A stretch of 64,000 nt of DNA from a virus (lineage: Duplodnaviria; Caudoviricetes), in IMG/VR virus record IMGVR_UViG_3300009680_000012, positions 438 to 64,437 of that record; one strand, 5' to 3'. Made by a program: the position numbers and the translations under genes. Below, piece by piece: positions 38,901-44,471 of the stretch. The stretch's first letter is position 1; every line of letters starts with the position of its first letter. The notes beneath the pieces are model-generated. The model did no database searches. It saw nothing but the letters and a program-made list of their open reading frames with translations, and was not told the DNA's origin.

Positions 38901-39490
38901 ATATTCCGCAAGAGGTATTCCCTCTAGTGGGGCGTTTAAGTAAGAGTGCCATACAAACTACACAGGATAACATTGAAGAAGGAGATTCAGTTATTCCAGC
39001 AGCACTTAAAGGCGGTTTAAGTGCTGGAGTTGGGCTTGTAGGAAAGAATATTAAACCCACGCCAATACTGCCTAGAGACTTAGACGTTACTAGGTTAACT
39101 GAATCTGCTAAGTGGGACATACTGGAAAATGAAATCTTAATACCTAGGGAAAAAGCACGTGAAGAAATTAAGAATAGCTTAATTTATTACTGGGCTACTG
39201 GGGATTCTACTCGTTACCAGAAAGTGTATGACGAATATGTTAATCAACAGAGATTACTTGATCCTAAGACAGTTGCTTCTCTGCATAAAGACGAATTGTT
39301 TGAAATCAGACTTAAAGCGTCCAAGTTACGGAGAAGAATTGTTAAGGATAAAAACCAACAAGAAGCCTTAGACGCCGAAATAGAAAGGCTTACTAAGCTA
39401 TACAATCAAGAAGCACGTAGAAAACGCACTCCTAAATCTGTTCGACTACAAGCTGAAGAAGCCTTTAGACAACGGCTTGAGGGAAAATAG
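29951..39490 (+). CDS. Giant internal virion (ejectosome/large polyvalent) protein, 3179 aa
   Basis: Last structural gene before lysis; mostly helical with a Lys-rich insert; C-terminal TPVIRAPLEAGFNVKFWSDTPL resembles LPD38-type domains. Confidence 0.7.
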   Translation: MANAKTFSEAYNIYRLQQALTENKYPVVQVPSVPQEDTYLLGQEPVQHIPTVQEQHGAVAPGWVHRSLTSAGLGLAGGLSKLGGFLADAAPTLDNFSRRFEEGTDKKAIEEFKKAEDFNDYMNAISTALPAMTSAGRSYEKAVQPIKDKVLLGTPAESFIYAMAEAIPTVMPGVGSAGTKAVTKTMLKKAVQRDAMESVASKVLQTEVKELTEKEIKDKLLETGLTTKAIKELVNKESKNFLADTAKQTMYKEAAKQAMKTAPLLQKAAAGGTKTLLNRTEELLREGPLAYIILEASKKPEERMNPLEFSVSWLAASMLLGDALIPAVSKGIRELKAYAKKSKAPKTFEQPDTTKPTEAIDVEPTTTSSTGEGFTAQLVKDITDPLKNMETKTTVKAAPSKLKMAEYSNHKVNTEANKLIRDLAEESKIKQEIQTKYAQAVADEDEIAKQFWSDVDRRVGQKVTEVKQKAITKDLNTRIKTEWEELKKITEYLDEAKEIVTTSKTIAQVRGDDLSVRLYDAILEKLEINSGKHFKVRERKPVVLNRENKIPDEILGEEPEGVLGKGKGKVKAKGGRVVVDLEGLSQEDALKKITYELKKKRAQKRKLEADDKLDAEKKAKAIEKLDEDIDILLAQRDKVKGTEKPKKETPKKERPKEKRAVKEGDIVTVHQRKISSKKNEAGETMKNVRDVEIENVKVIKTGLKITKGKGKNKKEYDAVLVKDAKGKETVVAFNYNGRPGKNKQISAEWVEPTQTHKSNKSVSGKDVAPDEKVTINEGIANLVAGETGEETVKKGKGKKGKTKPVEPEEEVSIDLDTPLVPETPALGKRGNRLNRKQISQDKLKKSVESLKETLGEAAEELKGESGKLGVIYRDPISTVMDHYGKEIVQELKEIALELMELIEAHLDELFAEYKIKKPKSREKLKDAKELLWHQMAYEEDNYAEILSSIPAATRVELDKQLFDYAYKGIRSIKQLKRDKEAARMVHIGTTDVEIPQFSVSTQAELTKLLTGNKGLHNYLEERFGAKYTDLLEHWRLLRSTEAANAKAAGKKANYNRKDIKQEFQNVLNLVESVWDDFFRNNADIFNAAKAREMQIDIELVDEHWDRWLDMFKIAKLDPKKIEGADKALLAEVQRAKNFVRFIDENYSMFLPLLEKHGEGKTLGVLRANAQKMVDAMNAGRLHDAAYYHRLLDQIHDAELETLETLELAEQIFNKHHINEKMNRALRSGDPRKTYERETIPKIESYLFLRTYVPKLNEALETENHVLRKLLDRYYDLHAEYMSSVRIPGRSRSKFIAVALNDVGFEFSQLAGKLVYGDKTNVVLSRMQRAYRDMYNFINGTGENQKKYRFISFDQLENVLEAERYDAELHRMLRKNRLAVGREYKTIADGLKEYDDLLNKFGFDLGSASVKDSWPKVIQETIDRLYAEKPTLNSITDVLDAIDKIVNLGQTIGNAVFRVTKGHTRKGYSPASAEKVLGSLKQKQIRELDRIVEYVPALTKEMRDDFLTLENHRRNMAKAQASLDKERIQTQEIIKGLKKNKLSTEEIHKNKTVAKNLKVIKSLTDVIEQEKDNIDTIMGNLEELGLDKQDIINIEYYISRRKDVIGWVNQVERTVKRPLDDPEAIASFKRYSDVMRKRSMERYVETEMSKARYGCEEYLTKNADIIGAWDDYIRKAADTVFGDTLDKKTHIYELYDRYDNLKRRFDGSESAGDIYIGYQLNHVAKKINQELCNLYRNVKKNNKKIPALPAALKKEITVREKLADMAKNGWRFIKDEKGSVKLENLTPMWWGSKIKQLTRIAAQTIYDLHPTKTMWVSSMVKQFGNGVKAHLDEVWAKAHSFIAELVDSIKIKPEYTPHFIQNLSVKDRTRVLFGGKPELENPWVRAIDSKLNKEWEKSRLVAQEDTNALFKEIVKGNEEGIVHGISKLQQLMDEVFSPKLYAVDPNVQFIGGKVQEARAFVRDTVKGLTDFAENIVNSSLNERYYLNFDRLADLKTSSLQNQVQRMSEFYDNVLKKYIDIAEKVYYLSKKSPEEYMEIRFALKEACDQMSKRVEYLKGRNNRLAKKDINNPEIKENKAEIALYKEMLEVYGSILEHPEEYVLYLRKFSSFIKNDIQSGGKLSYLTYGFNQLMSKIVSGWDIKDPVMRNLLRLGPMRAGHYTRSVAQKKIKSVLGKLASPLERELFEQLLLHLGLEDNLQRGARELDISITPGEPLKKKGLRAIDYGIPLEDIQANIVMLREWIAEIPGATERIEQALQNHKELIDETLDMLVREGRLSKKYADNRLNWYFPYQIKEFTRDYLQLPDHIDRMITQEANKLRNKYRIPDSYHLKRRFGKKLTETEYINTDYETVMFDYYSRLFMQKEMNNFYQTLHANYTPEGIIHKRLRELSGKAERGQDVSREIELLKNELELFDKSTKKLMRNNKMYITDDYINFQGKRYYGVRTPHLYSIPENLAMVDRNKFLFEILDALRHRFGDLDNEQFTKTLREVLDYPFENDKSSIKSYLWLPEDVALQVSRIYTGALEKDNIWANLLKTYTTGFKKSVLFRLNLVPYVLNNMIGDFLMLIGEDPAMFKVWQKEATLWDSFASLFETETVDWLYGQGGAVSKTVASLGGKKIAAGLERRANEIRNFEVPLEVLKDYTKISNLVEMNAIKQGSKEGTVKIDLQKLAELEDIQMSGFWGEVPPERLTGGLRAVGSGPMRKLRQADSVIMNVIQKREDLLRLAKFYKDVKRVAKGEQVVITPREELKALQPLHRAGWAARASLIDYSALTPEMQGVWGRGFLLPFLTWYANATANFVRWFGHNTGLRKLINPSFYDNVPMDSTSAKLTRLALMIIPAMLIDAWNNTGPRADIEAVMPQSQRGQMHIILVNDELPEGEKAGVLKINHPYHTVGALLGGINNIPMFTWDVIKGRRTAGEAVKEYVTDSMWRDPLLSAGSQLTPVIRAPLEAGFNVKFWSDTPLMYEGATPQTLSEERAQRLAHIPQEVFPLVGRLSKSAIQTTQDNIEEGDSVIPAALKGGLSAGVGLVGKNIKPTPILPRDLDVTRLTESAKWDILENEILIPREKAREEIKNSLIYYWATGDSTRYQKVYDEYVNQQRLLDPKTVASLHKDELFEIRLKASKLRRRIVKDKNQQEALDAEIERLTKLYNQEARRKRTPKSVRLQAEEAFRQRLEGK

Positions 39491-39506
39491 AAAGGAGTGA
39501 GATAGT

Positions 39507-39788
39507 ATGGAAATCGGGCTTGAAATGCTTAAGGAATACGGCGTACCAATAGTTTTATTGGTTGCCGTACTTGCCTGGGCCAAAGGGTTTGTGGGTCGGG
39601 TAATGGACGAATCACAAAAAAGGGAGTTAAGATTGATGGCTTTTTTAGAAACATTTAAAGACGTAGAGGATAAAATCGAAGAAATGAAAGAAGAAGTGCT
39701 AGACATGAAAGGCAAGGTTAACGAGATTAGTAACAAACAAAATCAAGTATTAGATAAAATATCTACTATTGGAAGGGGGAGTTATTAA
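39507..39788 (+). CDS. BhlA/UviB-like holin
   Basis: Single N-terminal TM segment plus coiled coil, directly upstream of the endolysin. Confidence 0.6.
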   Translation: MEIGLEMLKEYGVPIVLLVAVLAWAKGFVGRVMDESQKRELRLMAFLETFKDVEDKIEEMKEEVLDMKGKVNEISNKQNQVLDKISTIGRGSY

Positions 39789-40393
39789 TGCGTGGGGTTG
39801 AGTTACTGCATCCTACGGTTGAGTTACTGCATCCTACAGCACAGAAACTAGCCAATGCGCTTGTGGCTAAGTGCGGGGAGCAGGGAGTTACTATTCTTAT
39901 AACTGATACACTACGTACTGAAAAAGAACAGAATGACTTGTATGCTCAAGGAAGAACTAAACCGGGCAATAAAGTTACCAACCTTAAGTACCCAGACAGT
40001 TTACACTGTTGGGGTGTGGCTTTTGATTTTGCTGTGTTAAGTGATATTGATAACGATGGTGACTTAGACGCTGATTGGACTAGTTTAAATCTTTACAACA
40101 AGGTGGGTCAGATAGGGAAGGATTTGGGTCTTGTTTGGGGAGGTGATTTTTCTAATACAGATCGTCCGCATTTTCAATTAAGTAACTATACGGTAAGTGT
40201 ATTACAGAAAACCTACAAAACGCCCCAGGGTTTTATTGATTATTACAACAGTAAAGTATGGAACCCTACGAAAGAAGTGGAAAAACTATTAGAAAATGGT
40301 ATAATTAATACCAGACATAATGCTTACGTACCTATTACCTGGGGGGAGCTTGCCACAGTTCTGAATAAACTAGACCCTAAACTCTTTAAATGA
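39788..40393 (+). CDS. Endolysin, M15-family L-Ala-D-Glu peptidase
   Basis: RTEKEQNDLYAQGRTKPG.KVTN, SLHCWGVAFD, WGGDF..DRPHFQ. Confidence 0.92.
   Translation: MRGVELLHPTVELLHPTAQKLANALVAKCGEQGVTILITDTLRTEKEQNDLYAQGRTKPGNKVTNLKYPDSLHCWGVAFDFAVLSDIDNDGDLDADWTSLNLYNKVGQIGKDLGLVWGGDFSNTDRPHFQLSNYTVSVLQKTYKTPQGFIDYYNSKVWNPTKEVEKLLENGIINTRHNAYVPITWGELATVLNKLDPKLFK
39797..39838 (+). repeat. 21-nt in-frame tandem duplication (VELLHPT x2)
   Basis: GTTGAGTTACTGCATCCTAC(G/A) occurs twice. Confidence 0.9.
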
Positions 40394-40493
40394 GCTTGAC
40401 CTGTAAAATTTTCGCCTGTAGCAAACGTTTTTACTTTTTATGATCAATTGTATTCGGGCGTTGTATTTCGTGGCTCTATGGGCCAGAGATTTT

Positions 40494-40500
40494 TGTCGAA
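40494..40500 (+). promoter_or_regulatory. Spo0A box (TGTCGAA)
   Basis: Exact 0A consensus 17 bp upstream of the 40518 start. Confidence 0.35.
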
Positions 40501-40517
40501 AGTTGAGGTGATACGTC

Positions 40518-40883
40518 TTGCCACATATAGTAGATAAGTCTGGTAAACCGATTGCTTCAGATAATCCATTTCCTGTAAGGATTGAAGCTAGTAGTGTTGC
40601 ATTTACAGCTATGCCAGGGGGTAGTCCTTTAGTTGCTGCTGGTAAAAAGATAGACGCAGATGACACAGAGGATAGGGTTATAACCACAGATGGTTTTAAC
40701 ACTATAAGCATTATTAATGACGGTCCAGGAGATTTAGTAATTACTATTGATGAAAGCTCATTGACGGGAGAAAACAAAATTTATGTGGAATGTTTTGAGG
40801 GGTTTATTGAAAACATAGCAGGAGAAGAATTACATTACTCTGCGCTAAATGATATATGCACATTTCGGTATGTCCTAAAGTAA
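40518..40883 (+). CDS. Hypothetical (tail-appendage-associated) protein
   Basis: GAGGTGA RBS and TTG start; beta-rich. Confidence 0.6.
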   Translation: MPHIVDKSGKPIASDNPFPVRIEASSVAFTAMPGGSPLVAAGKKIDADDTEDRVITTDGFNTISIINDGPGDLVITIDESSLTGENKIYVECFEGFIENIAGEELHYSALNDICTFRYVLK

Positions 40884-40884
40884 G

Positions 40885-41631
40885 GTGGTGGTACCTTTGG
40901 GCTGGACAAAAAGACGCTTTAATAGGGCAGGAACACTCTTTGATTTTGAACAGTGGCTTGGTGTTTTTAATAACCAAGAAAGTTGTTTAGATGTAGAGTT
41001 TCCTGCTGCTGGTATACTGTACACTAAAGAAATTACAGATTTTACTGGAGGAAACCATAACTATACAGCCGTCACTGAAAATGGTTTAACCATTATTAGC
41101 TGGCCTGGGTGGAGTAGTGATGTATACCAAGACGAAAATTTTTCGCTTGCGGATACTACTTCTTGGGAAGATTCTGCTTCTGCTGCTCTTTTAATTAATT
41201 CATTATTCGATACTGTAGATACTGAAACATTTTATGACGGTGTAAGCACCTTTGAAAGTTTACCAATTATACTAAATCCTGTAGGAAAAGTATTTACCAA
41301 TAACTTTGATTGGGTAGATACTACACCAGAAGGAGTAACATTAGCAGTACAGGTGGCTATTTTTAATGGTTCTATATGGTCTTCGTGGGAGCAGGTTAAT
41401 AAAGAAACTACTATAGCACAACTAATAAACGGGGTAGATTTAGGCGATTATCAAATTAAGTATCGTGTACTTATGCAAGTTAATACAGAAAATATGGCTC
41501 CTGTAGTTTCAAAAGTAGAGTTATCTCTGAATAGTTACAAACAAATTAAGTTTGGGTTGAATGGTAAGGTGTACGTAGCAAGCTCTTTAAAAGACTTTGT
41601 TTTAGAACACACAGTAGAATTACCTGATTAA
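40885..41631 (+). CDS. Hypothetical structural protein
   Basis: Acidic, beta-rich; WSSWEQV and IKYRV resemble the 22427 N-terminal domain. Confidence 0.55.
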   Translation: MVVPLGWTKRRFNRAGTLFDFEQWLGVFNNQESCLDVEFPAAGILYTKEITDFTGGNHNYTAVTENGLTIISWPGWSSDVYQDENFSLADTTSWEDSASAALLINSLFDTVDTETFYDGVSTFESLPIILNPVGKVFTNNFDWVDTTPEGVTLAVQVAIFNGSIWSSWEQVNKETTIAQLINGVDLGDYQIKYRVLMQVNTENMAPVVSKVELSLNSYKQIKFGLNGKVYVASSLKDFVLEHTVELPD

Positions 41632-41671
41632 AGTAATTTCTAAATTTATTTTAAATAAGGAGGGGTATTAC

Positions 41672-41995
41672 ATGGCGGAAGATATTACATTAGGAACGCT
41701 ACGAGATTTGTGGGCAGCAGTAGCCGATTCAGTTGGTGAGGACGGACAAGCAAAAGTTGATAATGCTATGCAGATTGCTGGTAGTGACGGTACTAATACG
41801 CTAGTTTTAAAAACTACTGATGATGGAACACTTCTTACTAAGCTATCGGGCAGCATTGTTGAATATGCTTGGTTCACAGGTGGGACTCAAGCAACACCAA
41901 CAGAGGACTTTGCATGGGGGTATGAATTTAACACCTCCACGGGTGCATTAAAAGTCTACGGATGGACAGGTTCTGCTTGGGTGGAGGTGGTATAG
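41672..41995 (+). CDS. Hypothetical tail-fibre-associated protein
   Basis: AAGGAGG RBS; YGWTGSAWVEV terminal motif. Confidence 0.6.
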   Translation: MAEDITLGTLRDLWAAVADSVGEDGQAKVDNAMQIAGSDGTNTLVLKTTDDGTLLTKLSGSIVEYAWFTGGTQATPTEDFAWGYEFNTSTGALKVYGWTGSAWVEVV

Positions 41996-43651
41996 ATGGA
42001 TGCGGCAACATTAGTTCTTGCGAAAAAACATACAGATGAACAAGTTGCTCAAAAAGCAAATATTGACGGCTATTATGAAACATTAGCCGCTGGTACTGCT
42101 GATAACCTTGTTGACCGCAAAGGGACTGGCACATCACAAAATTTCCTGTATCGTACATCTTGCGGTGATGCTAGTATAGCAGATGACGGAAGCGGAATTA
42201 TCCAGAGTATCCAAGGGAATACTTTGATTTGGAATCAACTATGTCCGAATAATATACTAACAGGTACTGGTTATACAAGGACTTCAACCACTATTACTAT
42301 AACAAATAATACTGTTACAAATTTTAATGATACAAATTGTTTTATTGGAGTTAAAACTATAATTGGCCATAAATATTATCTGAAAATAAATTCAAACACT
42401 CCATATTTGAGGTTGCGTAATTACTTCACTGGGGGAGCATTTTTAGAAGTAAATGATGGGAAAATATACACCGAAACAATGGCAGGTAATATCTGTTTAG
42501 GATTCGTTGCTCCAATAGAAAACGGAACATATGACCTTACAATTAATGTGATAGACCTAACCCAAATGTTCGGTGCAGGAATGGAACCTTCAACCGTTGC
42601 TGAATTTAAAGAAATGTTCCCACTCGACTATTATGAATATAACGCAGGAGAACTTCTAAATCTCACAGCAACAGGCATCAAGACAGTTGGATTCAATGCT
42701 TTCAATATCGCAACAGGCACAGCCGCTTTGCTTGGAGGTAATCAGTATCAGATAACAGGTACTTATGAGTCTGTGGAATATTCAACTGGTGAAGTGTTGT
42801 TGATTAGTGAAGGTCTGTTTACACCAACTGAAAACGGCACATTGACCGTGATTGGTGGAGAAGATGACGTTTGTGTACATCTTACGTGGTCAGGTTATCG
42901 TAACGGTGAGTATGAGGATTATTGGGAGAGAACTCATCCACTACCGATTACAACTATTACGGACAGCAACGGTGATGCGATATTCCCTGACGGGCTTAAA
43001 TCAGCAATAAACGCATGCGATGAAATCACGCCAACAAAAGCAATCAAGAGAATTGGCGTTGTGGATATGGGAAATTTGAACTGGTCGGCTAATACAGGTG
43101 CTACTGGTTGGATTGCTCCACCGCCATCAGGTTTTAAGATAGTGAGTAACTCAACCCTTGCAAATATGAGATGTATCCCCTATCAAACGGTAAGAGGTAG
43201 TGAAAGCTCTGCTGATATCCAGAAAACAATTAGTTTTGTTAATTCATCATTCTTTACTGTACGAGATACGTCATACGCAGATGCCGCCGCTTTTAAGACC
43301 GCAATGTCTGGCGTAATGCTCTACTACGAACTTGCCGAACCAGTTGAATATGAATTCCCCGAATCTCTCAATCTCACCTACAAGGTTGCAGACTTTGGAA
43401 CGGAACAAATCCTGCCAGTAAATGATGCCGAACCAACGACTGCTCCATTTATAGGCGTTATTAAGTACAGTGATGATTTCACACGACAACTTGCAACGAT
43501 GCACAAGAATTATCAATCACAGGACAGCATGGATGCTTTACTCGCAGAACTTGGTACTGCTTGCGGCGGTACTTTTAAAAAAGAATGGGATGACATAAAC
43601 AGCAAATGGACATACACGTTTACACCAACACCGTCAGGGGGTGGGGAATAG
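41996..43651 (+). CDS. Tail fibre/receptor-binding protein (putative)
   Basis: Thr/Asn/Gly-rich; IQGNTLIWNQL, IDLTQMFGAGMEPSTVAEF and YYELAEP motifs typical of phage tail appendage proteins. Confidence 0.6.
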   Translation: MDAATLVLAKKHTDEQVAQKANIDGYYETLAAGTADNLVDRKGTGTSQNFLYRTSCGDASIADDGSGIIQSIQGNTLIWNQLCPNNILTGTGYTRTSTTITITNNTVTNFNDTNCFIGVKTIIGHKYYLKINSNTPYLRLRNYFTGGAFLEVNDGKIYTETMAGNICLGFVAPIENGTYDLTINVIDLTQMFGAGMEPSTVAEFKEMFPLDYYEYNAGELLNLTATGIKTVGFNAFNIATGTAALLGGNQYQITGTYESVEYSTGEVLLISEGLFTPTENGTLTVIGGEDDVCVHLTWSGYRNGEYEDYWERTHPLPITTITDSNGDAIFPDGLKSAINACDEITPTKAIKRIGVVDMGNLNWSANTGATGWIAPPPSGFKIVSNSTLANMRCIPYQTVRGSESSADIQKTISFVNSSFFTVRDTSYADAAAFKTAMSGVMLYYELAEPVEYEFPESLNLTYKVADFGTEQILPVNDAEPTTAPFIGVIKYSDDFTRQLATMHKNYQSQDSMDALLAELGTACGGTFKKEWDDINSKWTYTFTPTPSGGGE

Positions 43652-43654
43652 AAT

Positions 43655-43795
43655 ATGAAAATTACAGAGTTTAGAAATAATTATGTTCGCCTAACTGCGG
43701 AAAATGGAATTATCTATATCCCAACAGGCGAATGGTATTCTGAGGTTGTAATCAAGCAGAAGAACATTGATAAGTACATGGCAGCAAGTGCTTAA
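43655..43795 (+). CDS. Small hypothetical protein (46 aa)
   Basis: MKITEFRNNYVRLTAENGIIYIPTGEWYSEVVIKQKNIDKYMAASA, 3 nt after the fibre stop codon. Confidence 0.55.
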   Translation: MKITEFRNNYVRLTAENGIIYIPTGEWYSEVVIKQKNIDKYMAASA

Positions 43796-43853
43796 TTAAG
43801 CTATCGGAATAGCGATAGTTTAATAACTACATAGTAAGGAAGGAGGGAGTGTT

Positions 43854-44072
43854 GTGAATAAAGTAACAAGCACTTTAGCAAATAAATCTAGATGGGCAAA
43901 TTATGGTTTATGGGTTGCTGTACTAGCATTATTCACACCGCAACTACTGGGTATGTTTAACATTGTATTGCCTGCTGGATATGAAACTTTAGTCTATACT
44001 GCTTTAGATATTTTAGTGTTAGCAGGAATACTTAGTAACCCATTAACTAAAGGCTTTTTGGATAACAAGTAA
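43854..44072 (+). CDS. Phage holin (two TM segments)
   Basis: RWANYGLWVAVLAL...LVLAGILSNP motif; GGAGGGAG RBS. Confidence 0.8.
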   Translation: MNKVTSTLANKSRWANYGLWVAVLALFTPQLLGMFNIVLPAGYETLVYTALDILVLAGILSNPLTKGFLDNK

Positions 44073-44082
44073 AATGGGCAAT

Positions 44083-44124
44083 AAAAAAGAAGCCCCCGGC
44101 GCGTGTGCCGGGGGCTTACCTTTT
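44083..44124. terminator. Bidirectional intrinsic terminator between the convergent late and replication operons
   Basis: AAGCCCCCGGC-GCGTGT-GCCGGGGGCTT flanked by an A-run and a T-run. Confidence 0.9.
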
Positions 44125-44168
44125 AAATTAAACCTCTTTTTTGTAGGTATTTAAGTATCCATTTCTGT

Positions 44169-44471
44169 TTAGCTTTTAAACGAAACTGTTTCTTCCTTTC
44201 TGGTGACATGTTCTTCCAACTCCTTACCACCTGAAAAATGTTCCCAAAAGTATAAAACACCACATAAAAACAATGAAATAACTACAATTAGTACGGCCAC
44301 AACAACAGCACCACCTAGTATAAATAGAAACGTGTACCATGCACCGTACTTTAATATCAGTACATACGCAGAAATACCACAAACCGAACAAGTAAAAAGC
44401 ATTGCCGCTAGCATAAAAATAGCATTAAGTATGCACTTGGCAATACCTAAAAGTTTATTTTTTACGTTCAT
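44169..44471 (-). CDS. Membrane protein (two TM segments)
   Basis: Hydrophobic helices; overlaps the polA stop. Confidence 0.7.
   Translation of the reverse strand: MNVKNKLLGIAKCILNAIFMLAAMLFTCSVCGISAYVLILKYGAWYTFLFILGGAVVVAVLIVVISLFLCGVLYFWEHFSGGKELEEHVTRKEETVSFKS

Noticed and set aside
30064-39120. Many antisense ORFs inside the giant gene and other structural genes
   Set aside because: Shadow ORFs produced by codon bias; no RBS or recognisable motifs
29951-39490. Virion RNA polymerase (N4/crAss-like)
   Set aside because: No DxDGD or single-subunit polymerase motifs found on reading the translation
41996-43651. Diversity-generating retroelement target
   Set aside because: No reverse transcriptase and no template/variable repeat pair noticed
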